Below are positions 24,479-55,372 of a stretch of 64,000 nucleotides of DNA, piece by piece. The notes beneath the pieces were generated by a model, which was not told the DNA's origin, searched no databases, and worked only from the letters and a program-made list of their open reading frames with translations. Numbering within the stretch: position 1 is the first letter of the stretch; every line of letters begins with the position of its first letter. A program made the position numbers and the translations under genes. Source of the stretch: the human T2T-CHM13v2.0 reference genome, Homo sapiens; NCBI RefSeq assembly GCF_009914755.1, contig NC_060925.1. One strand, written 5' to 3'.

Positions 24479-24647
24479 ATTATCTAATTAGAAAGAGCAA
24501 TGTAATTATAGAGTTGACCTTATTTTGAAAAAGAAAATATATAGTTTTCCCCAGATGAGCATTCAAAAAGAGAAGTTATAGACATTTCCTAAGTTTTCAG
24601 CACAAAGAGGGATGCAGAGATTTGTAGCCTTGAAAATAAGCAAACTA

Positions 24648-25016
<369 letters not shown>

Positions 25017-25077
25017 TTACACTTGTAGTCAGCGTCCCATTCAGGTGAATCTTCTACTCTGATGTATCTTTTTTTAG

Positions 25078-25275
<198 letters not shown>

Positions 25276-25532
25276 TAATGGATAAATGTTTAGTAAAGTA
25301 GGCAAATTTCAGTCAGTGAAGAGTGATATTATTAATAATGAATAGTAAAAAAATGTAAAATCTGCACTGATGACAAACTTAGAAGTTGTAGGAATTAACA
25401 GCATACAGTGGGCTACTTAATGATAGAAACTAAAGACAGAGCTAAAATTTTTGAAATTCAAACTCTTTCTAAAGATAATACCTTTCTAATATTGAAAAAT
25501 ATTTAAATATAAAAATCTTTCAATTTCTTTAG

Positions 25533-25691
<159 letters not shown>

Positions 25692-26629
25692 TAGCATCTC
25701 TTCTATTTTATTCAGCAGTTTTATTGTATCCTTTCCTTAGCATGAGGTCAAGATGTTGCCAGAAGTCTGGAATTCACTCAATGTGTAATGTAGTTTTTGA
25801 AGAAAAGTTAACATTATTTTAAAGATGATAAAGATGATAGTCGCTATTACATTGATTAATGTATTATAGTATTTCCCATCATCATCAAAGGCAGGACAGC
25901 CCTTTGGCTTTTTCTATAAGATTTCTTTTCTTTTTTTTTTTTGAGACGGAGTTTTGCTCTGGCTAGAATGCAGTGGCATTACCACAACTCACTGCAGCCT
26001 CAACCTTTTAGGCTTAACCGATCCTCCCACCACACCTTCCCAAGTAGCTAGGACCACAGACATGCACCACCACACCCAGCCAATTTTTAAAAATTTTTTG
26101 TAGAGACAGGGTCTCATTATGTTGCCCAGGCTGGTCTCAAACTTCTGGGTTTAAGCAATCCTCCCACCTAACCATCCCAAAGTGCTGGGATTACAGGCAT
26201 GAACCACGATACCCAGCCAGTTTTCTTAATTCTTTATCATGTGCATACATCACTTATTGGGAGCTCAAAAATGTCATGTGAATTAAACTAGACATCTCAT
26301 TCAGTCCTGGACTTTTTCTGCTATATTTGTGTTATTTCTACACTAACAGAACATTTAAAAAATCAGAATAGTTCAGTAGACAAGAATCCATTAAATATTT
26401 AGAATTATTTTATGTGAACAGTATGCTTTATGAACAGAATAGTATTTATGAAAATCTTCAGCTTCCTTCTTAGATTTGTAGAAACCAGCACCAGTAGGCT
26501 TGGTAGCTTATTTCAGCTAAAATTCTTAATTAAAGGGAAGCCTCAGATTTGTTGTACTATATTGTGGACATCATATATGACAAATTTCACATTCCTATCT
26601 ACTAAGTGATAATGTTTCTCTCTTTTTAG

Positions 26630-26676
26630 GGTTTGTGGATATAGAAACCCCCACATTGTTTAAGAGGACCCCAGGG
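26630..26676 (+). CDS. DARS2: DARS2 exon 7 (47 nt)
   Basis: GFVDIETPTLFKRTPG, class II motif 1. Confidence 0.96.
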
Positions 26677-26879
26677 GTATGTATATTCCTTCAATCAGTC
26701 TATTAATAATGTCCTATTAGTTATAAAGCTAGACTACTTTGCTTTTATATTCACTTGGTCCACTTTTATTTACTGCCTCAGGATGGTCATATTAACTAGG
26801 TTTTTCTGAAGAATTGAGAAAATTATTTGGGTATTTTGAGTCAGAATCATTTTATTCCACATAAATTTTCTTTCCTTTG

Positions 26880-28717
<1,838 letters not shown>

Positions 28718-29089
28718 CTAAACATTAATAGTTACTCGATTTATACAGTCTATGAAATTATAAAACTACAGTTTAATTTGGAAATGCAATTAAGAATTAC
28801 TTGGATAGGAAATGATACACAAAATTCATTCATCTAGTAACAAAATTGGAAATTCAATTCCGCAAGCATAAACTTAACACCTACCGTATACAATGGTGTT
28901 TAAAGTCTACTATGTCCAAGTCTTTTTAGGGACTCAAAGATAAGCAGGAAATTGTCTCTGTCATTGTAGGAACTTTGTTCTTTAGTCATTCATTGATAAA
29001 CTGAAGTAACAACTTCTACTAGTTAGTTATACTTTGGGTTTGTTTTTGTTTTTTAATAATCTGTCTTCTCTCTCTTTCTCTCTCTTTGA

Positions 29090-29200
<111 letters not shown>

Positions 29201-29931
29201 TGAGCTTTTTTTATGCTAGCAGTTGTCAGAAAAGGAAAAGAGAAAAACAAAGGGAAAAAAGGAAACACAAAATCCTCTCTGTTCTCAAGAGAAGGATAGA
29301 AAATTTATGAGAGTTTGGAGAATACTTATAAAATGCCCTCATAATTTATAGTCATCCTTTATTAAAGGTTTATTGGGTGGCCACTATGTACAAAGCTCTA
29401 TGGTAGTAGATGTGAGAGGGGATTTAAAAAAAAAAAAAAAAGAATAGGTTCTACTCTCAAGGTGTTAAGGCTAGTAAGCCAGAATAGGATAATGAATAAA
29501 ACCAACTGTGATATAAACCAAATGTAAATGTATTGAGATTTGCAAGTTAGGTGTTAAGAGCTTTAAAATTATACTTTTTGAGGAAATATAGAAAACTTTG
29601 TGAGCTAGATCGTTGAGGACAGAGCTACATTTCAGCAGGTGAAGATGAGAGTTGGAATGGCATAGCACAGAAAGTCTCAAGTGTATCCATGGCACAGTAA
29701 AGATTTCACTTTGGCCAAAGCAAAAGAGTATATATGAAGAAGCATGGGCTAAAAAAAATGTTTTAATAAAAAGAGCTGGCATGGACTGATTTGCATGCTA
29801 GTCTAAATACATGAATATCCAGAGGTGCCAGTGTTTATTTTGAAAACAATATATAGAATAGTTAACTTCTCATAGGTCAGCTGTATGTCTAATTCGATTA
29901 AAGCATCATAAAAAATAAAAGTATTTCTTAC

Positions 29932-30225
29932 TTTTTTTTTTTTGAGACAGAGTCTTTGCTCTGTCACCCAAGCTGGAGTGCAATGGCGCAATCTCGGCTC
30001 ACTGCAACCTCCGCCTCCCTGGTTGAAGTGATTCTCCTGCCCTTGCCTCCCGAGTAGCTGGGATTACAGGCGCACGCCACCCACGCCCAGCTAATTTTCG
30101 TATTTTTAGTAGAGACAGGGTTTCACCATGTTGGCCAGGCTGGTCTTGAACGCCTGACCTCATGATCTGCCCGCCTTGGCCTCCCAAAGTGCTGGGATTA
30201 TAGGTATGAGCCGCCATGCCCGGCC
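29932..30225 (-). mobile_element. Alu
   Basis: Antisense Alu consensus. Confidence 0.92.
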
Positions 30226-30274
30226 CTTCTTACGTTTTTTAAGTATCATTGTTTTATAGCTTGCATTGCTTTAA

Positions 30275-30490
<216 letters not shown>

Positions 30491-30599
30491 TAATACTTTA
30501 CTTCTCATTACATTTTATCCATCAGATATTTAATTAAACTCACCTGCAGTTGAGAAACTAATTATTCTTTTTTTTTTATTCATTTCATGTGTCCTTTTT

Positions 30600-30679
30600 T
30601 AAATTTTTTTCTTTCCTTGGATAGCACAGGGGCCACACTGTCATTCAAATTTTAGTATGTGTGCTGCCAAAACGAGCAT
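30600..30679 (-). pseudogene. Retroposed U6 snRNA pseudogene, internally deleted and 3'-truncated
   Basis: Minus strand ATGCTCGTTTTGGCAGCACACATACTAAAATTTGAA...TGGCCCCTGTGC, A-rich tail; TSD GTGTCCTTTT at 30589-30598 and 30680-30689. Confidence 0.85.
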
Positions 30680-30805
30680 GTGTCCTTTTCATAAAGAATG
30701 TGGTCAGCAACTAAGGAATGCCAGAAGTTCCTAAAGTGTTCTAATGTTCATGATAAAGTCCTTAAAACAAATCTCTTATATATTATGAATAATTTTATAT
30801 ATTGA

Positions 30806-31187
<382 letters not shown>

Positions 31188-31489
31188 AATAGCATTTTAA
31201 TCATGTGTTGAAGTGAAAAAATTATGAGCTTTGGAGTTGGACAGACCTGGGATCAGATGTAGCTTCGCTGCTTACTAATTGCACATACGCAAATAAGTAA
31301 CTTAGTTCTCTGAGCCTTCATGAAATGGTTGTGGGAACTAAGCAAGTTAATGTATGTAAGGCCATTAGCACAGTGTCTGACATAAAAGAGATGTACAATA
31401 ATATTTATACCCTCTGCATGTATTATGTGCAAAATTCTATAGTAACTTGAAAGCAGAAAAATATATAAATGTGTATATATTGTGGCTAA

Positions 31490-31753
<264 letters not shown>

Positions 31754-32386
31754 TAAACCACTTTGAAATTGACAAGTGTTACACACTGTTAGATGATATT
31801 TTTGTTGTTACCTTGTTACCTTCGTTGTTACAGAGCTAGAGCAAGAGAGAATAATAGCATGTTAGCAATACAGTGCTTTCTATCTTTCATGTTCCAAGAT
31901 CCATTTCCAAGAGCGAGATTCTTGCTATAAAGTTTTTATTACTTGCAAGTTATTGATTATATGGATATGAATGGTAACTTGAAAGAAAAAATAACTATTC
32001 TTTCCTTTTCAGTTTTTTTTTTAATCCAAGGAGTTACTAAGTTTCCTTGGTCCATAAAAAGCTCAAACATATGACAATGTTTATTCAAATTATTACTATC
32101 TGTAAGTATTTAAAGCAGGGGTAGAATTTATATAGAACAGTTTCATTACCAGGCCTCTACTTGTTTGCTCTTAAAGAGCAATATCCCTTGATCCCTGTAA
32201 TGCTAGTGACATTTCTATATCTCAGTTCTCAGTGCACATTCTTTAGAAATTGGTCCTGCCTGGTCTGTGAATAGTCAGTGGTCAATTCTTAGAATGAAAA
32301 AAATACAATACACAAAAAGTCATAACTACCAACTTACAGCTGCCAACTCAACTACTTCTTGTTTCTTCGTTTGTAATATGGAATAG

Positions 32387-32554
<168 letters not shown>

Positions 32555-32943
32555 TAATTTTTGTATTTTTAGTAGAGATGGAATTTTGCCATGTTGGCCA
32601 GGCTGACCTCCTGACCTCAGGTGATCTGCCCACCTCAGCCTCCCAAAGTTCTGAGATAATAGGCATGAGCCTCTGCGCCGAGCCTGGAATCTTAATCTGG
32701 TTCTTAAGTCAGACTGCTTGTGTTAAATTCTGGCTCTGCCACTTACTAGCTATGCCATCTTGGGCAAGTTCCTTATTTCTGTGTCTTGGTTTCATCTATG
32801 AAATAGGGATAATAAAGAGTGCTAACCTCATATGAAATGAATGAGTATATGTAAAACACTGGTCATATTGCTTAACCCATGGTAAACACTCTTTGAATGT
32901 ATTCTATAAATGTTAAATTATCAAGATCTATTCTCTTCTTTAA

Positions 32944-33174
<231 letters not shown>

Positions 33175-33208
33175 TAACTTTGTCCAATACTGTCATATTT
33201 AAACTTCA

Positions 33209-37213
<4,005 letters not shown>

Positions 37214-37347
37214 CAGACATTGAATTTTTATTAAATCTTACTATTGTAATAGAAAGACACAAAATATATTTGTCATTTGATCGCATAACCATGTTTATGA
37301 AGCTAAGTGTCATACTGACAAGTTTACTTTGATTTTTCTTTCATCAG

Positions 37348-37410
37348 AAATACTTAAAAAGGAAAGACATTGAATCCATTAGAAACTTTGCAGCTGACCA
37401 TTTTAATCAG
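37348..37410 (+). CDS. DARS2: DARS2 exon 12 (63 nt)
   Basis: KYLKRKDIESIRNFAADHFNQ; CAG|GTAAGG. Confidence 0.95.
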
Positions 37411-37559
37411 GTAAGGAGTTAATTAGAGCAGTTTTTTTCCTTATACAGATTCAATATTTTTAACTATTATTAACTAAACTATCATTATCATTAGTTTTGA
37501 GCATCTTGTTATTTCAGATCATTCTTCTGCTTTTATTTACTTTTTATTTTATTTATATA

Positions 37560-38925
<1,366 letters not shown>

Positions 38926-39963
38926 AAAGAATCTTAGGTATGATAACAGGAATAAAATGAAACCATATAGGAGTAATTAAATTATGCTATAATCAAAGGA
39001 ATTAATATTAAAGTTCCTATTTAAAATCTTGTTTTCTAAGACTTAATAGAGGAAAAATGCTCTTATAATGATATGTAAGAAAAGGAGGCTATAGGACTAT
39101 ATTTATACTGATTATAACCATGTAAAAACACTATATTTGTATATTGAAAATGGACTACCTACCTCTACTACCACTATTTCCCAAGCCTCATACCTCAAGC
39201 ACAACGAACAATAAGTAGATTTTTATATAAGAAAAAAAGATCAGGTTAGTGGTTCCCAAAATGGGTTGAGACAAAATCAGAAAAGTCAGGGCAATATAAC
39301 AAGCTTTTCATAAAGTTAAACAAATTTAAAGAACTATCCTTTTTTTCTCTGTCGGCGGTGGGGATGGCGGGGGGATGAAATATGTCTTTTCTTTATAAAA
39401 TTAAAAATTGGCAACCCTTTATCTTCCAATTTTGTTTATTTTTATTTTATTAGTATATAAAATCTGCATCTAAGAACCATAGGACCAGGAAATAAGCCTG
39501 AAGGTTAACTTTGGCAGCTTTCAGTTGATGGGACTATTATTACATTTTCTTCTTTCATTCTTCTCTTTCTTCTCCTGTTTTCTTTTTCTTTCCTAATTTC
39601 CTGAACTTTTATATAAGAAATGGGTATTACTACTACTATTTTTTATGAGTGTTTTAACTTGATTTGGCTTCTAATTGCTTTCAGAAGATCTTATGTGTTT
39701 TTAGCAACATATGGCATACACATGGTTCAAAAAATAAAGAACCATTAATGATGAAATGCAATAATCATTTGCTCTAGCCTGCCCCATCCATCCTAGTATT
39801 CTGCCAGAGTATCTCTGTTTTTGGAAATATCTCTACATACTTTTTTTTTCTTTTTACTTAATTCATTTAAACCTTGTTAACTTCCTGTCATGAGAGATGA
39901 GGCTCACATATACAGACCTCACCTAGTTACTCTGTACCTTCTGCACAGCTGTCTTTCTGAACC

Positions 39964-40270
39964 TTTTTTTTTTTTTTTTTTTTTTTTGAGACGGGAGTCT
40001 CACTCTGTCGCCCAGGCTGGAGTGCAGTGGTGCCATCTCGGCTCACTGCAAGCTCCGCCTCCCAGGTTCACGCCGTTCTTCTGCCTCAGCCTCCTGACTA
40101 GCTGGGACTACAGGCGCCCGCGACCACGCCCGGCTAATTTTTTTGTATTTTTACTAGAGATGGGGTTTCGCTGTGTTAGCCAGGATGGTCTCCATCTCCT
40201 GACCTCGTGATCCGCCCACCTCGGCCTCCCAAAGTGGTGGGATTACAGGCGTGAGCCACCGTGCCCGGCC
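39964..40270 (-). mobile_element. AluY
   Basis: AluY diagnostics. Confidence 0.92.
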
Positions 40271-40495
40271 CTTTTCTTCATTCTTTTCTGAGTTGAAGCC
40301 ACCCATCCTGGATCCCAGGTTTTCCTCTTTCTTTTTTGTGTTGGAGTATGTAATCAAGTAACTTCCTAAGAAAGCATGTGAGAGATCAACTTACTGAGTT
40401 CTTACAAAATGTCTTTATGTTTAAAACCTCACACTTGATCAATAATAATTTGGCTTAGTACAAAATTTTGAATTGACAGCCATATCATCTTAGAA

Positions 40496-40690
40496 GAGTG
40501 CTGTCCAATAAAACTTTCTGTAATGATGGAAACGTTTTATGTCTGCATTGTTCGGTGTAGTTGTTGCTAGCCAATGTCGCTAGTGAACACTTGAAATAGG
40601 ATAGTACAACTAAAGGGCTGAACTTTTTACTTTATTTCATTTTAATTAATTTAAATGTAAATAGCAACAGTGCATTGCTAGACAGCACAG
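40496..40690. mobile_element. MER3-like hAT-Charlie MITE
   Basis: GTGCTGTCCAATA...GACAGCAC inverted termini; 8-bp TSD-like TCTTAGAA/CTTTAGAA. Confidence 0.7.
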
Positions 40691-41342
40691 CTTTAGAACA
40701 TTTAAGGCATTGCTTTACTTTCTTCTCCCATCTGTTGTTACTGATGAGAAGTCTGATGCTTTGATGCTTGTGTGAATTTATTCCATTATAGCAGAGCTGG
40801 TTTTTTCTCATTGGAAGCTTTTTGCCTTCTGATTCTTTATGTTCTGAAATTTCAGAGTTTGTTTGCCTTTTGATCATTTTTCATTTAATGTGTTACACAC
40901 TTGAAGAGCCCTTTCAATACGAAGGTTTATGTCTTTTTATGTGTAGAAAATTATTTTATTATCTAATGATTTTGACCTCATCATTTTTTCTAGTCTCTCT
41001 TTGGAATTTCTACTAGTTGTATGTCAAACCAATTTAACCTCTTTTCTTTTGCATGTCATTTTTCACCATTTTCTTTGTCTTGTTCTATTTTCCTGGGGAT
41101 TTCTTCAACTCTTCTGTTGAATTTTTTTTTATTTCCCAGTAGCTTTTTTCACTGCATCTTATTCTGGTTTTATTCATAAAATATATTTTTGAGTACCTTT
41201 GAGGATTCAAGTTCTCTTTTGGTCCATAACTTATGTTTTCTCTGGGGCTAATTTTTTGGGTTTATCTTGGTCTTTTTTTTTTTTTTTAATGCTGCAGAGT
41301 TTCTTCAATGTACAGTGATTGTTGGTTATCTGTACATATTCA

Positions 41343-41603
<261 letters not shown>

Positions 41604-41979
41604 TCAGGCCACTGCACTCCAGCATGGGTGACAGAGCGAGACTCCATCTCAAAAAAAAAAAAAAAAAGCTGGTTGGAAGCTCAAGAGAGAGGCTTTGTAA
41701 ATGGTTAGGTTTAGTTTAGCATGAGCAGCAAGGCTGCTCTAGGCACTCAAGGCTTAAGAGTCCTGAGCCTCTCCAGAATTCTGCAGGGTAAAATCAGTTC
41801 CTTCTTGTGCTGAGGCTGCCTCCATTGTTCTTTATGCCAGACCTTCCTGCACCTTGCTTCTTTAATCATTCCTACTCAGTTCACTTGCAGTCTGCCAAAA
41901 ATTCGCAGAAATCTCTCATCTGCTGATATTATTCTCCATTCTTCATCCCCTCCCCCTTTTTTTCATTATGTTGAAATGA

Positions 41980-42099
<120 letters not shown>

Positions 42100-42390
42100 T
42101 GAGTAGCTAGGATTACAGGTGCACAGAACTGGCACAGCTACTTTTTGTATTTTTAGTAGAGATGGGGTTTCACCATGTTGGCCAAGCTGGTGTTGAACTC
42201 CTGAGGTGATCCACCCACCTCAGCCTCCCAAAGTGCTGGGATTACAGGTATAAGCCACCGTGCCAAGCCTACTTTATAAAATTCCCTTAGTATCATTTTG
42301 AATGGGTTCATGGAGATAATAGAGACAATCTCTTTTAAATTCTCTTCTATTGGGAACCGGAAATCTTTGTATTATAAGAAGATAAATTAA

Positions 42391-43384
<994 letters not shown>

Positions 43385-44581
43385 GGGTTTTTTTTCATAG
43401 CTACCAGCCTCCATTGGCATTACTTAAATAGATTAGACCTGACCCTAATTAGAAAAGCCACTTAGATTAAGGGGTAGTGAAATTAGTCATATAACCATGA
43501 AAAAATATTTTCAGTGTCAAGATTTCACAAATGAAGAAAATTAGGAGTCTCAAATTTTTATACATCATGCATTCGTAAATTGTGGAGGGACGGATCAGAC
43601 CACTGGCGAGCTGGAGGGCTGGCAGACACCCCTGGACCAACTTGGTCAAAGTGGGACCCTTTTTCCTCAAGAACAGCAGCTGTAGGTGATGAGTGCCATC
43701 ATGCACTGGCTGAGTCATGATTCTTCAGGGGATATGGAAGACTGAATTAGCTTTAGGGATCTTTGTAAAATATAGAAAAGTATAGTACAAAGTCAAATAT
43801 GAATATTAAAAATGTACTGTAAAGATCAAGCATGATATAAATTTATTTTTTCACTTTAGTATATAGTTTTTTCAAAATGATAGTGTGTCTAACTAGTACT
43901 TCATCAAGTTCTTTCTTCTAATCTATATTTTCATTTGTCATTGTTTCTTCCACAGAAAAAGTTTCAGAGTTCAGCTTCAAAGCTAAATGTAATCCCCCGT
44001 CTCCCCTTCCCCTACAATAGTAAAATGAAGAAAGCTATTTATTTCCAAATTTTATTATGAATGCATTTCTTAAAAAAGAACATGGGATTTTGTTCCTAAC
44101 TAATTTGGCTATTAAACCTTCTCTTGGTATGAACTAAACATGCTGGTGTTTCATTCTCAGGAAGTTATAGGTCTGATTCCTACAAGGCCTTCCTTGAAAG
44201 AGAGCTAGAAACCAGACTTTCGAGGAATAACATTAACATTCTGAAAATGTCACAATGAAGGTCCGTTATGTAGACGTAAATGTAAGATAGAATGGGCTGC
44301 AAAATAATACCCTATCATGTCTCTAGGCATATGTCACTGTTCTAACCAGCTGTCCTTTCTCAGGGAAGTCCTGCATACCATAGGTAGCACTTATTAAGCA
44401 CTTAGTATTTGCCAAGCCCGTTCTAAGCACTTTGTATACATTAACTCATTTAATCCTCATGCCAACCCTATGAAAGAAGTTCTGATACTGTTGCTATTTT
44501 AAAAATAAGAAAAGTGAGTCACAGAGCTTAAAATTTTGCTCACAGTCACACAGCTAGGAAGTGGAGGAGCCGGATTTCTAA

Positions 44582-44859
<278 letters not shown>

Positions 44860-45441
44860 TGATCCGCCCGCCTCGGCCTCCCAAAGTGCTGGGATTACAG
44901 GTGTGAGCCACTGCACCCCTCCGCACTCTTAAATGGACCTCTAATCTGCATTACCTATAGTGATAGCCAGCCTTCACTGAACATTAACAGTGTGCCAGGC
45001 ACTTACCAAATCCTCACCACAACCCTTCAAGAGAAGTGAGGAAATAATCAGAACGACTACCACTCACATACTTTGTCAGGTCCTGCACCTTATGTATATT
45101 ATCTTAAGCTTCACAGCAGTCTTTTGGAGTTGATATTTTTATCCCAATTTTACAATGAAAAAGGGTACAGAGAAGTTCGTAATTAGCCACACTGAGATTC
45201 AGGCCCAGGTCTATGAAGTGCTGATCCCTGTGTTCTTAATCACCGAGTTATCAGTACTCACCCAGTTGGTTGAGTGTGATGATTGTTCTCAACCTTGTTG
45301 CAATTAGACTTATCCTCAGATCTTTGTGTCCTGAGAAGCAAAGGGCATCCTATCTGTTAATTGGCTAATCCTTTCCTAGAGAATGGCCTGGCTTCGGAAT
45401 CCAGGCTGTGTCATTTCCTGCCTGCTCTGTCAAGAAGTTAA

Positions 45442-45768
<327 letters not shown>

Positions 45769-45914
45769 TAGGACCCAGTTCTGGAAGCCCCAGAAGAAAT
45801 TGTGGAGTTTGAGTTAGTAGTAATACATTGTCTTTAAAAATCTACAGGGTCTTCAACCCGTAGAACAGAAAACCAGACATTTTCTCTAACATAAAGTATC
45901 TGTGAATCTTCTAG

Positions 45915-46284
<370 letters not shown>

Positions 46285-47159
46285 TAAGATTTCCCTATGT
46301 TGCTCACACTGCTCTCAAACTCCTGCCCTCAAGCACTCCTCCTGCCTCGGCCTCCCAAAGTGCTGGGATTATAGGCATGAACCACTGCATCTGACTTAAA
46401 TCAGCCTATTTTATTAAACATTTGTTATGATTGGAGGATTCACAAGATACAAAATAGCATCAGCTATCTCTCTACCTTTAATGTAGGACTTGGAAAAGTA
46501 AATAATAATATTAAAAGTAAATAATAATATTAAATGCTTAAATAGTATCTGGCACATAGCACTATTAAACAGTACTATTTAAATACTAATTAATAGTGCA
46601 TATTAAATACCCTTATTATAATAGTGCAGATAAATATCCTTATTCTGCCCACTCTAAAGATGAGATTTACTGAGGCAACTTACTTAACTTGCCAAAGTGA
46701 CAGTACAAAAGTAAGCAGAGTCAGGATTTGAATCCAGGTGAGGTGGCTCTTAAGCCCATGCTCCTAACCACTACCCTGCTTAAAAAAACCATGCAGCTTG
46801 AAAAAATAAAAATCAAATCAAATGAAAACCATGCAGTCTGAAGTGACTAAAAATGTTGATAATGTTAGAGAAAGAGAGAGAAGTTTGAAAAGATTTTATA
46901 TCACTTATTAGATACTACTTTAGCTATATTTAAGGCAGGGATATATTTTAGTGATAGTGGAGTAATCAGGATTTTTTAAAAGTAAAAGAAGAGTCTGTAC
47001 AGGTGCAGACCTAAGAATTGGAAGTTTGTTGGTGATGCTGTAGAAGGCTTGGGTAGGTTTCAGAAAGGAAAAGGTCTGAGAGAGTCTGGTCCTAAAAGAT
47101 CGTTTTGTGGGATTAACTGACAAGTGTGAGGTAGGATGGAAGGAGAACTCAGACCATGA

Positions 47160-47596
<437 letters not shown>

Positions 47597-48110
47597 TGAT
47601 TTTAAAAAGATGGAGTCTCACTCTGTCACCCAGGCTAGAGTGCAATGGCATGATCATAACTTAGGGCAGCCTCAAACTCCTGGGATCAAGCGATCCTCCT
47701 GCCCAGCCCAGCTTCCAGTCAGCAGTTTTCAGCCTTTTTCATTCCTCTCATTGTCAAACTTTTCAAGAGTCACTAAGAATACATTACTTTTTTTTTTTTC
47801 TCGCTTTGTCACCCAGACTGGAGTGCAGTGGCGTGATCTTGGTTCACTGCAACCTCCGCCTCCCAGGTTGAAGTGATTCTCCTGCCTTAGCCTCCCGAGT
47901 GGCTGGGACCACAGGCACACACCATCACGCCCAGCATTTTTTTTTTTTTTTGTATTTTTAGTAGATACAGCATTTTGCCATGTTGGCCAGGCTAGTCTTG
48001 AACCCCCAATCTCAGGTGATCTGCCTGCATCGGCCTCCCAAAGTGCTGGGATTACAGGTGTGAGCCACCACACCTGGCCTAGAATACATTACTTCTGTTG
48101 CTTCCCTAAA

Positions 48111-48292
48111 TAGTGGTTCTCAGCCCTGCTGCACCTTACAATCAAATCACCTGGAAAGCATTAAAAAAAACACTGGTGCCTTGGCTACACATCAGACCAA
48201 CTGAATAAAAGAGTTCTAAGCATAAGGCTTTGGCCTCTGTTTGTTTGAAGCTTCCCACTTGATCCTGATTTGTAGCCTGGTTGGAGAACCAT
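48111..48292. mobile_element. MER5-like hAT relic
   Basis: AGTGGTTCTC ... GAGAACCAT inverted termini, AATCACCTGG core. Confidence 0.55.
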
Positions 48293-48760
48293 TTCCAAAC
48301 ACACTTTCAACATTTCTACATGTACTGCCCCACAAAAGTTACTCACAAGATCACTAAATCCAGTGGCCTGTTCTTGGCCCTTAAGTTCTCCTTCCTCCCG
48401 GCAGCATTTGACAATGTTGCCCACTTAGTAATGCTCTCTTCCCTTGGTCTCTGTGACAGGAGAGTTTCCTGCTTTTTATCCCCACCTCCTCATTTGGTCT
48501 CACTCTGTTTGCATTGTGAATACAGTAAAAGCTGCATTTACTGAACACCAGGCATTTTTGTACATGTTATAATCATCTATGACTTGTCTTTTTCCCTTAC
48601 TAACCTGCAAATCACTTAAGGTAATTTTTTCTTTACACTTTTCCAATAAACTTTTATTATTGGTTAAGTCAGGTTTAGCTGTTTTAAAACTCAACTTTGT
48701 TTCCCCTTTATCATCTAAGCCTAGATGGTGGCACTTAGTGGACCTTCAAAATATATTTAA

Positions 48761-48880
<120 letters not shown>

Positions 48881-49596
48881 TAAGATAAACTGAATTCCAT
48901 TGCACTGTCTCAAATTCAGGTTCTCAGTTTGTGTTGGTAGAGGTGGAAGGATGAGTCCAAGAGTTCCATGAGAATGTAAGTTTCTGTTGAAATTTCAGTA
49001 ATATATTTTTTAAATATATCTTAACAGTTATAAAGATATAACTTAACTGATAATTTGCATTTGAAAGATCATTAATAGCTTAAAACTGCAGATCTTAAGT
49101 CAATATTGTTCAAATCCCCATGGCCTCACATACGCACTCATTGGAGTCTGGAAAGCACTGCTCCATAATGTTCAGCTTGTATGAAAACAGGAAGATGCCA
49201 GTGTCCTTCTGATTGCCATGGTTACTCACTTTGCTTGTTTTGTCAAAGCAAGGAAGAGTAAGAAATTCTAGGAAGCTCACCTAGATTGTAGGCCCCAACA
49301 ACAGGGACTTCCTTCTGTGTTTATGGAGTTCCCTGCCAAGCACCAAATACACTGTTGAATCTGTTTTAGGGCCTTTAGTAAGCCTTTACTAGGAACACTA
49401 ATCGCTGTGACAATCCAAGTAGCATGTGAACATTAGTCCTGAATACTTTTCCAGAATGAGATAGAAAAGAACCTCTCAAACAAACAAAAGTTCTCTAAAA
49501 AGGTAGGGAACGATGGTTGGCTACAGTTTGTTAAAGATTCTTATTTAAAAGTTTTCTACAACTTTTATAGAAAAACTAAGTTATTTCCAACATTAG

Positions 49597-49824
<228 letters not shown>

Positions 49825-50518
49825 ATCATGCATACCATGCAGAAAGTTGAGCTTTTAGGTTTTGTCCTCTTTGCTTCCCCAAGGCTAAAGTCAGATCTAG
49901 AGTTCTGCCACAGGTCTAACAATCAAGTCTTTAGATGGAAGGAATCCAGGCAACATTCTTCACCACAACGAAGAAACAGATAAAAGATACCCAATTTTGA
50001 CTTGATTTCATGCATCATTTGGATTTTTTTTGGTTAGGACTTTTTTTGAAGTTCCTTTTTACTTAGGTGTGAAAGATGGTTCTTTGTTGAAATAATATAG
50101 TGGTTTAGTGTTTTCAAATCATGTTTCTCATACCCAGATAGTAGATTATTCACTTAGGACAGAGGTAATCAAATTATGTGTGAAATGTAGGAAAATGCTT
50201 GCCCCTGTAAACTAGTGAGTTGATGGAGCATTTGCTTCATCATCCTCATCAAGAGAATCATATAAATTAAGCTTTATAATGACATTTCAACCATCAACAT
50301 AATATAGTGAGGAGTAGCATAATATTTTTTAATAATGCAGAAAACATCACTGAAATGAGAGTCACAAATTTTTCTTCAGTGTTTCAGCCTGAGTAAGTTA
50401 CATAAACCTCGCTTAGCCTCCCTTCCTGCTAATGTGTAAAATACATACTTGCCCTGGCTACCTCACCGGGCTGTTATTGCTGGAATCAGAGGAGATAACA
50501 TATATGGAAGATAAAGTG

Positions 50519-50524
50519 AATAAA
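50519..50524 (+). terminator. Candidate DARS2 poly(A) signal (a second AATAAA lies at 51148-51153)
   Basis: AATAAA downstream of the stop codon. Confidence 0.5.
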
Positions 50525-50664
50525 AGTACTTTGAAAAACTATAAAGCATTCCACAAATATGAGATGATGGTATTATCCATCCATAAATAGGTAGATATAT
50601 CTCTATTTTATAGTTTCAGATTAAACAAAACTGATATCAATAGTAAAAGTCATTTTACTTATCA

Positions 50665-55372
<4,708 letters not shown>

